From: Chiloscyllium plagiosum
Lineage: Eukaryota
DNA: 64,000 nt
NCBI RefSeq assembly: GCF_004010195.1
Contig: NC_057742.1
Coordinates: 6,642,943-6,706,942 of the forward strand
Direction of reading: 5' to 3'
A program made the translations under genes and the position numbers. The notes beneath the pieces were generated by a model. The model saw only the letters and a list, made by a program, of their open reading frames with translations. It was not told the origin of the DNA and ran no database searches. Shown piece by piece: positions 34,032-52,451 of this stretch (position 1 is its first letter; every line of letters starts with the position of its first letter).

Positions 34032-34223
34032 TAATGTAGGAACAAATTACTGCAGATGTTGGAATCTGTACTGAAAATGAAAAATGCTGGAAATCACGTC
34101 AAGTCAAGCAGCATCCATTGAGAAAGAGCATACAAGTCATAGCTCTGAAGTCATCTGGACTGACAAGTTCGCTTGCTGTCTTTCCATGGATACTGCCTGA
34201 CCCTGTGATTTCCAGCATTTTGT
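34032..34223. mobile_element. Penelope-derived fold-back mini element
   Basis: AAAATGCTGGAAATCAC / GTGATTTCCAGCATTTT arms; flanking TTTGTACATT repeat. Confidence 0.65.
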
Positions 34224-35440
34224 TTTGTACATTGGGTTTGTAGCTAGAGGAATTTCCACTGCATTTTAAAAAATGTTTTATGGGCTATCCCCACCCAAAT
34301 AAAAGGCTTTTGAGATGCATCACAAATATAGAAAGCCTAATTTGACCAAGGTCAAATGATATTGGCAGATCGTTCAACTGTGAAAAATAAAACCAGATCC
34401 TGCCCTTACTCCCTTTTGCACAAGTACACTTTCCAGCAATATGTATTGACCAGGAACCAGACTTGGGATCAGGTTCTCTCTCCCTGGCCCACAGAGAGGA
34501 ACTGTTAACTGAATGGCAACAACAGCCTGTACTGAAGTTTCAATAAGCTGCAGAATTTCAACCATCACCTGCGTAACCACCCTCTTCAAAAGAATCCACT
34601 AAAGCTTTTCTCATTAAAGGCACTGCAACACCTGATGATTCAATTCATCACTACTAAAGACAAGCATTGCTAACTAAACACCAACAGCAAGAGAACAAGG
34701 GTGAAGGGTCACCTATAAATTTCAGTTCAAATTCTCCCCCTGAAGATCATTGAGAAAATCTGCATTTGTAAACATTTTCAGAAGCTCTGCATATCCCGAA
34801 GTGTTTCGGTCAACTTGCACACCAGTAAATATGCTGTATAAACTGGTGAAGAGAAAACAAACAATATTAAGAGTCTGGTATGACTTCCTAAGAACGGGTT
34901 TCTGTAATTCTGAAGTCATTCTAGACTCAATGTTAACATTCTCTCTCCACAGATGTTGACACTGGCTGAGTTTTACCAGTATTGTGTCTGTTCCACATTT
35001 CCAGTATCTGTGGTTTATTTTATAAATTTTGTATTAACCCAACTGATGTGATGAAAATGGGGAGCAGTGAGACTGACTGCTAGATTGTCAATCTAGCATC
35101 ATAAATATATATTTTAACTGTTTGCCTCAAAACATTCAGGAAATTATATTCCAAATCAATTGATACCATAGATTGCAATTTAATAGCTTGCGTTGCTGGT
35201 ATTACCTATCTGGGAGATAAAGACAGTGAAATTACCCAATTAGGTAATCTAAAGAGATTATCAATCTACAAGTGATATTAAATGCAAGACTTGAGTAAAG
35301 ATTATCAAATACAGGTAGTTTATTTACATAAACATGGATCGCAAACCACATCTTTGATTACAGAACTTGCTACAGATAAATTAGGGGACATGGGTCAAAA
35401 ATAAAATCAGTGAGTTCTCGTGTCTCTGGGGGTAAAAACA

Positions 35441-35446
35441 TTTATT
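35441..35446 (-). terminator. RPL23 polyadenylation signal AATAAA
   Basis: AATAAA about 40 nt after the TAA stop on the minus strand. Confidence 0.8.
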
Positions 35447-35485
35447 GAATCATACAGGTATCATTTTAGAAACTGTTTACAATTC

Positions 35486-42838
<7,353 letters not shown>

Positions 42839-42846
42839 TGTGATTC

Positions 42847-42990
42847 AGGGAAAGAGAGACCCAGCCCCGTGGAATCATGGGATATATCGCCAACACACGC
42901 AACATGTTATGACACGATGACGTATTTACGCGGTACGGACACCACGTGATATCACATCATGTGACAAAACATGTGCGATGCGGAAGCATT
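42847..42990 (-). promoter_or_regulatory. RPL23 core promoter with 5' TOP/TCT initiator
   Basis: Pyrimidine tract TCTCTCTTTCCCT (42847-42859) 8 nt upstream of the ATG; ATATAT about 25-30 nt upstream of it (42882-42887); CGGAAG Ets/GABP-like site (42981-42986); local CpG enrichment. Confidence 0.8.
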
Positions 42991-45900
42991 CATGTGTAGA
43001 TATTGGACTGTGGTGGACACGGTTAAAAATCATATAACACCAGCTTATAGTCCAACAGGTTTATTTGGAATCACTAGCTTTCGTAGCGCTGCTCCTTTAT
43101 CAGGTGGTTGTGGAGCAGAATCATAAGACACAGACTTTATAGCAACAGGATTGCAGTGACTTGGAATGTAATATTAAACAAATTTAGCTTAAGTCTTTCA
43201 TCTTTTAGAATGATCATGTTAGCTTTGGTTCTTTCATATGTAAATCCCAAAACTTTTTTAAAGGTACATTCTCAAGATAGCTTTTAACAATAGGTTATAG
43301 TCCAAGAGGTTTAATTGGAAGCACGCTAGCTTTTGGAGTGCTGCGTCTTCATCAGGTGGTTGTGAAGGACACAATTGTAAGGCACAGAATTTATAGCAAA
43401 AGTTTACAGTGTAATGTAACTGAAATTATACATTGAAAAATACCTTGATTGTCTGCCCCACCACCAAAATGGACCTGTTGGTTCTTGCAGCAGACACGGA
43501 GGAGTTCATCAGATGAATGACACTCCGGGAATTCTTTCAAGGTGCTAGCAGTGATCCCAATGAGCCCACTGATGAGCTGGAACAGTCATCACACGGATCT
43601 GTAGAGGAGTGACCAAAGAAGGTATCAACTTGGACCGCACCCGAGGGCCGTTGCCCTGGGTTTGACATGTATGTTCAAACCATCAGGAAATATGTAAATG
43701 CCAGATTCATCAGCCGTACCCACAAGGTAGAGCAAAACATCACCCGTTCACAACGCAGTGCCATTCAGGCTCTCAAAACCAATCACAACATTGTCATCAA
43801 ACCAGCAGATAAAGGAGGAGCCATTGTCATTCAGAATAGAACAGATTACTGCAAGGAACTGTACCGACAACTGAACAACCAGGAACGCTACAGGCAACTA
43901 CCAGCTGATCCGACCAAAGAACATACCCGTGAATTAAACACATTGATCATTGATGACATTTTCTTCCTCTGGACACATGGCAAGGAGTCACTGATAAAAC
44001 TACACAGTGATATCAACAAGTTTGATCCCATCGTCAGATTCACCATGGACTACTCTCGACTATCTGTCTCATTCTTGGACACATGTATCTCTATCAAGGA
44101 TGGACACCTCAGCACCACACTCTACCGTGAACCCACAGACAACCTCACAATGCTACACTTCTTCAGCTTCCACCCAAAACATATTAAAACAACCATCCCC
44201 TATGGACAAGCCCGACATGTACACCAGATCTGCTCAGATGAGGAGAAACGTGAAGGGCATCCGGAAGTACTCAGAGATGCCCTCATAAGAACAGGGTATG
44301 GTGCTCAACTCATCGACCGCCAGTTCCAACGTGCCACAGCAAGGACCTCCTCAGGAGACAGACACATGCTGCAACCCTTCATTGTTCAGTACTTCCCAGG
44401 AGCTGAAAAACTATGCCACGTTCTTCGTGACTTGCAACACATTATCAATGAGGATGAGCAACTCGCCAAGACCTTCCCCACACCTCCACTGCTTGTCTTT
44501 AAACAAGCCAAACCTCAAACTGATAATTGTTCATAGCAAGCTGCCCGGCTTTCAGGACAACTCCATACAACCCTGTCGTGGTAGGCGCTGCAAGACGTGT
44601 CAGATTGTGGACATGGATACGTGGGGACACCTCCCACCTTGTACGTGGCAGGTACTCGTGTCTCAGCCAACATTGTCTATCTTATACACTGCAGGCAAGG
44701 ATGCCCTGAGGCATGGTTCATTGGGGAAACCGAGCAAAGGCTACGGCAAGGGATGAATGGGCACTGCACAACAATCAACAGACAGGAGTGTTCCCTCCCA
44801 GTTGGGGAACACTTTAGCAGTCCAGGACATTCGACCTCGGACCATCGGGTGACAATTCTCCAAGGCAGACTTTGGGACAGGCAGCAGTGAAAAGTGGCCG
44901 AGCAGAGGCTAATAGCTAAGTTCCGTACCCAGAGGGAGGGTCTCAACCGGGACCTTGGGTTCATACGACACTACAGGTGACCACCATAACACTATGCACA
45001 CACACAGACACACACACAGAGGCACTCCTATACACACATGGACACACATATACACACGCATGCACACAGACACACACGTACCCTTACAGACACACACACT
45101 CACACATGCATCCTCTCAGAGACCACTGAGACCACTCTACACTCACGCACACACATATACACTCTCTCTCACAGAAACTCACAACCCAGACACACACACA
45201 CACTCCCACACTCATACATGCACCCCCTCANNNNNNNNNNNNNNNNNNNNNNNNNNNNNNNNNNNNNNNNNNNNNNNNNNNNNNNNNNNNNNNNNNNNNN
45301 NNNNNNNNNNNNNNNNNNNNNNNNNNNNNNNNNNNNNNNNNNNNNNNNNNNNNNNNNNNNNNNNNNNNNNNNNNNNNNNNNNNNNNNNNNNNNNNNNNNN
45401 NNNNNNNNNNNNNNNNNNNNNNNNNNNNNNNNNNNNNNNNNNNNNNNNNNNNNNNNNNNNNNNNNNNNNNNNNNNNNNNNNNNNNNNNNNNNNNNNNNNN
45501 NNNNNNNNNNNNNNNNNNNNNNNNNNNNNNNNNNNNNNNNNNNNNNNNNNNNNNNNNNNNNNNNNNNNNNNNNNNNNNNNNNNNNNNNNNNNNNNNNNNN
45601 NNNNNNNNNNNNNNNNNNNNNNNNNNNNNNNNNNNNNNNNNNNNNNNNNNNNNNNNNNNNNNNNNNNNNNNNNNNNNNNNNNNNNNNNNNNNNNNNNNNN
45701 NNNNNNNNNNNNNNNNNNNNNNNNNNNNNNNNNNNNNNNNNNNNNNNNNNNNNNNNNNNNNNNNNNNNNNNNNNNNNNNNNNNNNNNNNNNNNNNNNNNN
45801 NNNNNNNNNNNNNNNNNNNNNNNNNNNNNNNNNNNNNNNNNNNNNNNNNNNNNNNNNNNNNNNNNNNNNNNNNNNNNNNNNNNNNNNNNNNNNNNNNNNN

Positions 45901-46176
45901 NNNNNNNNNNNNNNNNNNNNNNNNNNNNNNNNNNNNNNNNNNNNNNNNNNNNNNNNNNNNNNNNNNNNNNNNNNNNNNNNNNNNNNNNNNNNNNNNNNNN
46001 NNNNNNNNNNNNNNNNNNNNNNNNNNNNNNNNNNNNNNNNNNNNNNNNNNNNNNNNNNNNNNNNNNNNNNNNNNNNNNNNNNNNNNNNNNNNNNNNNNNN
46101 NNNNNNNNNNNNNNNNNNNNNNNNNNNNNNNNNNNNNNNNNNNNNNNNNNNNNNNNNNNNNNNNNNNNNNNNNNNN

Positions 46177-46680
46177 AGACCCCACCACCAGGGATATATT
46201 TCCCTCCCCACCCCTTTCCGCCTTCCGCAAAGACCGTTCCATCTGTGACTACCTGGTCAGGTCCACGCCCCACTTACATCCTGAGTCCAGTCCTGAGCTG
46301 GAAGTTTGGAACGAGGGTGAGGTGGGGAAGGGGAAATGAGGAAACTGTTGGAATCCACATTGATGCCCTGGGGTTGAATTGTTCCGAGGCGGAAGATGAG
46401 GCGTTCTTCCTCCAGGCGTCTGGTGGTGAGGGAGCGGCGGTGAAGGAGGCCCAGGACCTCCATGTCCTCGGCAGAGTGGGAGGGGGAGTTGAAATGTTGG
46501 GCCACAGGGCGGTGTGGTTGATTGGTGCGGGTGTCCCGGAGATGTTCCCTAAAGCGCTCTGCTAGGAGGTGTCCAGTCTCCCCAATGTAGAGGAGACTGC
46601 ATCGGGAGCAACGGATACAATAAATGATATTAATGGATGTGCAGGTAAAACTTTGATGGATGTGGAAAGCTCCTTATCTG
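46177..46680. mobile_element. Penelope-like fragments of a second family in opposite orientations
   Basis: DPTTRDIFPSPPLSAFRKDRS on plus, then GIY-YIG C-terminus (AQHFNSPSHS..EEERLIFRLGT) on minus. Confidence 0.8.
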
Positions 46681-46707
46681 AGTTGAGATGACACCTATTG
46701 TTAAAAG

Positions 46708-46914
46708 GGGAAAGTGAGGACTGCAGATGCTGGAGATCAAAGTCGAGAGTGTGGTGCTGGAAAAGCACAGCAGGTCATGCAGCATCCGAGGAGTAGGAGA
46801 ATCGACATTTAAGGCAGAAGCCCCTCATCAGGAACGGCCCGAAACATTGATTCTCCTGCTCCTCAGATGCTGCATGACCTACTGTGCTTTTCCAGTACCA
46901 CACACTCTTGACCA
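46708..46914. mobile_element. Penelope-derived fold-back mini element with 11-bp TSD
   Basis: Arms GAGAGTGTGGTGCTGGAAAAGCACAG / CTGTGCTTTTCCAGTACCACACACTC; ATTGTTAAAAG at 46697-46707 and 46915-46925. Confidence 0.8.
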
Positions 46915-49361
46915 ATTGTTAAAAGCTATCTTGAGAACGTAAAAAAAGAAATAAACCAACATAATCATTCTAAAAGATGAAAGACTGAAGCTAAATTTGT
47001 TTAATATTACATTTCATGACACTGCGATCCTGTTGCTATAAAGTCTGTGTTTTATGATTCTGCTCCACAACCACCTGATAAAGGCCTCCAGGCGTCTGGT
47101 GGTGAGGGATTGGCGGTGAAGGAGGCCCAGGACCTCCATGTCTTCGGCAGAGTGGGAGGGGGAGTTGAAATGTTGGGCCACAGGGCGGTGTGGTTGATAA
47201 AGGAGCAGTGCTTCAAAATCTAGTGCTTCCAAATAAACCTGTTGGACTATAAACTGGCATTGTGTGACTTTTAACAGACTCAGAAGATTAACAGCATGCA
47301 GGGAAGCTATTTAGCCCCATTGTCACCAATGTTGGTTATTTGGCAAGAACAATTCTAAAGAAAAGTCGCTGGATTTGGAACATTAACTCTGTTTCTGTCT
47401 CCAGATCTGCTAAATTTCTCCAACACTTTTTGTTTGTTTCAATTCACCTAATATTATTTCCCTGTTTTTTTCCCTCTAGGCTTGCAAACTTTTCCACTTT
47501 AAAATAATTAAGCAATTTTTTTTTCCCCCCGAAAGCCATGATTGAAAAAGCTGCAGATGCTGGAATCCAATATAGACAGACAGGAGGCTGGAAGAGCACA
47601 GGTGGAGACGTCGAGGTTTTGGGTGTAACCCTTCTTCGAAATGTTGCCTTCTTCACCTCCTGATGCTGCCTGGCTTGCTGTGTTCTTCCAGCTGCATGAT
47701 TGAATCTGCAGTATATACCTTCTCAGAGGATACATATCCAGGTCCTAAACAATTTGCTGCACAAATTGAAAGCAAAATACTGCAGATGCTGAAAATCTGA
47801 AATGAACAAGAGAAGACTGGAGAAATGCAGCAGGTTTGGCAGCATTAGATGAGAGAGTTAACATTTAAATTCTGGTATGAGTCTACTTGCTGCTGCAAAG
47901 AATGTTTTTCTCGTCATCATTTCTTCATTTATCAATCACCTTAAATCAGTCTCCATTGACTCAGGTTTGGTCAAAGGAGAAGAGTGTCAACTTGTCTACT
48001 CAAAGATCTGGAACAGCTCTAATGTTTTCTTAATGGATCTGATCAGCAGTGTTAGTTATGTCAGTTATTGCAACAAATTGCAACTTATGGGTACTCTGCC
48101 AGCAATTAAGTTAGAGACATAAAATTGCAGATGATGGAATCCAAGGTAGGTAAACAGCAGGCTGGAAGAATACAGCAAGTCAGGCAGCATCAGGAGTTGG
48201 AGAAGAGTTTGTCTTGAGTGATTCAGAATGAAATTTCACTGTAATCAGAAGAGAAAGTCACTAACAGTTTCCATGCTGTACATCTCTATGACTCTATGAC
48301 TAAATATCAATCCAAAATGTGAAGTGAATGTGAAACTTACATGCAATGGTTATGGTGAAGGGTACATTTAATGTATTGATACATTTGAATGAAAGCTAAA
48401 TATAAACAGTGGTATATAGCTCTTAAAATTATATCTTCGGGGTTGATTAACTCGGCTGGACAGCTGGTTTGAGATGCAGTGGCACCAACATTGCGGGTAC
48501 ATTTCCTACACCAGCTGAAGTCACCATGAAGTTCGCCTGTCACCTGAGGTATGGTGACATTCAGGTTAAACTCACTACTAGTCTCGAAGGTAACTTATGG
48601 TGACTTTTGACAAACACTTGAAACAGAAGGGAATAGTGGGTTATGTGGACAGAGTTAAACAAAAAAAAGGCGAGAATAAACACAAGTATGGAGAATATTC
48701 ACTGCAATCACACCTTAAAATTAACAAATACATTTTGATCTGCAATGTTCTCTCACTAAACAAGAGTCCAAATCAACTAAGCCTGTGTTTGCTTACCAAC
48801 GTGGCTGCATAACCTTAAAAAGAGACACTGCCTAACTTGCAAAAGAATACTTCAGTTCTGATTTTGCTGTGGAAATAATAGTAAGGCTAAATGCATTTGC
48901 AGCTTTGCAGAATAAATAAGATTCCAGTATGTGACTAATATTCAGTTAAACAGAGAAATCTACAATTTGCAATCTGAGATACACTGATCTTTTAGAAGCC
49001 CTTCTGTACTATTTGACACTTATGAAATACATGTAATGATATGATGTTGGTCTGCAAATTCACTACATTTCCCAGAAAAAGAGATGGACTTATACAATAA
49101 AGTGTAAATTAATTTTAATAACATGCTAGCTTCTAATTGTATGTAAGCAATGTTTGCAACTCTAAAAATTAGATTTTTTTATGTGTGGCATCTCATTATT
49201 ATAACAGTGCTCTGAAAGCTCATACTTCCAAAACATCCTGTCGGACTATAACCTGGTGTTATGTGATTTTTAATATTGTCCACCCCAGGTCACAACAGCC
49301 ATTGTTCGAGATTTTAAAAACATTTTTTGAACTAATTTATTTCAAAGTTTATTTTTGTTTC

Positions 49362-49599
49362 AAATTTTATTTTTCTCCAAATCCCAATTTTGGACTGGAT
49401 TTTCATATGGATGGAGAAGTCTTCCATCTGCATGAAAATGCCAGCAGAGACCAGAATCCAGAAGTCCTGCCTCTGGATTCTTTGTCAGAATCCAGATTTC
49501 TAGATTCTGATCTCTGCTGGCATTTTGATGCAGATGGAGGACTTCTCCATCTATGTGAAAATCCTGCCCAAAATTGGGATTTGGAGAAAAATAAAATTT
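49362..49599. repeat. 238-bp imperfect palindrome (MITE-like)
   Basis: Arms of about 100 bp: AAATTTTATTTTTCTCCAAATCCCAATTTTGG... / ...CCAAAATTGGGATTTGGAGAAAAATAAAATTT. Confidence 0.9.
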
Positions 49600-49644
49600 C
49601 TTGAGTGATTCTTGAAGGAAATGGGAATGAATCCTAATTTGCAC

Positions 49645-50210
49645 ATAGAGTCATACAACACAGAAACAGACCCTTTAGTACAACTCATCTATGTTGGCCA
49701 GGTATCCTAAATTAATCCAATCCCATTTGCCTGCATTTGGCTTATATCCCTTCTAAACCATTCCTATTCATGAGCCCGTCCAAATGTCTTTTAAATGTTG
49801 TAATTGTACCCATCTATACCACTTCCTCTGGCAGCTTGTTCCATACTGGAAAAGCGCAGCAGGTCAGGCAGCATCCAAGGAGCAGGAGAATCGACGTTTC
49901 GGGCATGAGCCCTTCTTCAGGAAAATGTGTTTTCCAGCAACACATTTTCAGCTCTGATCTCCAGCATCTGCAGAACTCACTTTCTCCAGCTTGTTCCGTG
50001 CACACACCACCCTCTGTGTGAAAAGGTTGCTGCTCAGTTCCCTTTTAAATCTTTCCCGTCTCATTCTAAACCTATGCCTTCTACCCTTGCATTCCCTTAC
50101 CCTTTGGGAAAAGACCTTGGCTCTTCACCTTGTTTGACCTTTTGGGATTTTCTAAACCTCTATAATGTCTCACCTCCGCCTCCAAAGCTCCAAGGAGGAA
50201 ACTCCCAGCC
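49645..50210 (-). mobile_element. CR1 3' fragment interrupted by a Penelope mini element (about 49846-49986)
   Basis: CR1 3' sequence on both sides; CAGCTTGTTCC duplicated at 49832 and 49987. Confidence 0.8.
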
Positions 50211-51019
50211 TGTCGACATCCTTAATTCCTGTAAGGCGCCTGTTTCACATCAATCAGCAGTTGAGTTCAAGCATGCGTGATTTTGGTTGAAAGGAGTTGA
50301 CTGTCAGAGATACTGACATTCTGGTATCTGACTCTCAATGACCCAGTAGTAGTCAAGAACAATTCATGTGTAAATAAAGGTGACTTGGTGATAGGATATC
50401 AGCCTCTGTGAAGTTATTTTCGGCCTGGACATAGGTATCTTTATGGACGGATCAGGTACCCTTTGGAATTGCTAAAGGTGGGCATGACTGTGCATAAAAA
50501 AAATGCATTAAGCTCATTGGAACTGTGAAAGAACTGTCAATCAGGACATGTTTCATCTCAAGAATTACTTTTTGATTTTAGTGTTTATTTCTAGGTTTCC
50601 AGGAGATCCTTTTAAACTCTCATTTCCATTTATTACATGATTCAGTCACCGTGGAAAATTATCTTCTAGATTTGTGTTGACATGTGGTGAATGATATGAC
50701 TTTTTTTTAAACAGGTATTAATTTTAAACAATGACTTCAAACAGCATTCACAAGAAATTGTGTGATTTTAGCTAAATATACAGCAAGCCATAAGGGAGAC
50801 AGTTGATTTGATGTTTGCTGACTTGAGTTTTACAACCAGCAGAGAGCAAAAACAGGTTCATGCAAGAGAAGAAGCATCATAGGAAGGTGCTTTTAGCAGC
50901 AAAAGAACATAAGGAAATAACAGCAGAATTAGGCTGTTCTTCCCTGACACACAATCTGATAACTGATTTGCTCCAAGCCTCAACTCCTCTTTTGTACCAA
51001 CTCCTCATGGTCATTTGCG

Positions 51020-51610
51020 ATTTTTGAGAAGATTTGTAGCTCAGGCTGTGGCTCAAGTTGTAAGTTTGCTCACTGAGCTGGTAGATTTGTTCTCAGATGT
51101 TTCATCACCATGCTATGTAACATCATCAGTGAGCCTTTGATGAAGCACTGGTGTTCTGTCATATTTATGAGTCTTGGTCCGTTGTGGTTGGTGATATCAC
51201 TTCCAGTTCTTTTTCTGAAAAGTTGGTAAATAGGCTCCAAATGGATATGTTTGTTAATAGAGTTCCAGTTTGAATGCCAGGCCTCTAGGAATTCCTGTGC
51301 TTTGTTTGGCCTGTCCCAGGACGGATTAGATTAGATTAGATTACTTACAGTGTGGAAACAGTGGATATGTTTGTTAATAGAGTTCCAGTTTGAATGCCAG
51401 GCCTCTAGGAATTCCTGTGCTTTGTTTGGCCTGTCCCAGGACGGATGTATTGTCCCAGTCGAACTGGTGTCTCTCTTCATCTGTGTGTATGGATACTAGT
51501 AATAATTGGTCATGTCTCATGATGACTAGTTGGTGCTCATGATTCCTAGTGACTAGTTTCCTGCCGGTTTGTACAATGTGATGTTTGTTGCAGTCTTTGC
51601 AGGGTATCCT
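51020..51610 (-). mobile_element. Penelope-like element 3' fragment (GIY-YIG plus terminal repeat), third family
   Basis: IPCKDCNKHHIVQTGRKLVTRNHEHQL..HQFDWDNTSVL; hammerhead core at 51092-51133. Confidence 0.8.
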
Positions 51611-52257
51611 CATAGCCCTCAACTCCACAATGTTTTAAAAATCTCTCTACCTCCTCTTTAAATACTTGCAGTGATCAGACTGCACATTTTTCTGTCAAGT
51701 CCCCTCAGAATCTTGTATATTTCAATTAGACCACTCCTCCTTCTGCCTAACTCTAATGAATAAAGGCCTAACTTGTTTAGCTATTTTTGAGAAGCGAAAT
51801 GTTCTGGTGAATATTTTTCAACAGCCAATATGTAAACTGTACACAGTCCCCTAGGAGAGGACTCACCAACACTCTGCACAGTTGTAATAAGACTTCCTTA
51901 TTTTTAAATTCCAAACTCCTGGTAATAAGGGCCAAAACTCCATTTGCCTTCTTAATTACTTCCTACACTGGCATGCTGACATTTTACTGTAAGGGAAACA
52001 TGGAGCAGATACTTGAGGTGAAGAAACTTGTAGGAGCTTATCAGTCAAAAGGCAGGAATATGAGACTCAGCACAACTGCCCTTTCAAAGGGATTTGGTTA
52101 ACTTGGCTAGATAGCCAGGGTGCCAACAGTGCGGCTTTAGTTTCTGAACCCTTCGAGGCTACCATGAAGATCCTGCTTTCTCAACCTCACCCCTCACCTG
52201 AGGCATGGAGCCCCACAGGTTAAACCACCACTCGTCTTCTCTCTTTCTCTCTGAGGA

Positions 52258-52451
52258 ATTGGAGATGCTGGTGTTGGACTGGGGTGCACAAAGTTTAAAA
52301 TCACACAACACCAGGTTATAGTCCAACAGGTTTCATTGGAAGCACACTAACTTTCGGAGCGCTGCTCCGAACCACCTGATGAAGGTGCGGCACTCCGAAA
52401 ACTAGTGTGCTTGCAATTAAACCTGTTGGACTATAACCTGGTGTTGTGCGA
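52258..52451. mobile_element. Penelope-derived fold-back mini element with 12-bp TSD
   Basis: CACAACACCAGGTTATAGTCCAACAGGTTT / AAACCTGTTGGACTATAACCTGGTGTTGTG arms; TCTCTCTGAGGA at 52246-52257 and 52452-52463. Confidence 0.85.

Larger units (their letters stand above)
43005..47275 (+). mobile_element. Composite Penelope-like retroelement with inverted terminal repeats; internally deleted RT plus GIY-YIG endonuclease (about 43450-44980)
   Basis: IVIKPADKGGAIVI, IDDIFFLW, SFLD, HPKHIK..IPYGQA, CRGRRCKTC, NIVYLIHCRQGCPEAWFIGETEQRLR, VGEHF; 43020-43160 is inverted at 47020-47275. Confidence 0.9.

Noticed and set aside
44955-46565. Very long ORFs in the ORF track (also at 17176, 37264, 57391, 60871)
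   Set aside because: Produced by N gaps translated as X
49185-49644. Overlapping ORFs on both strands with similar peptides (KFYFSPNPNFG...)
   Set aside because: A consequence of the DNA palindrome; no splice context or recognisable protein
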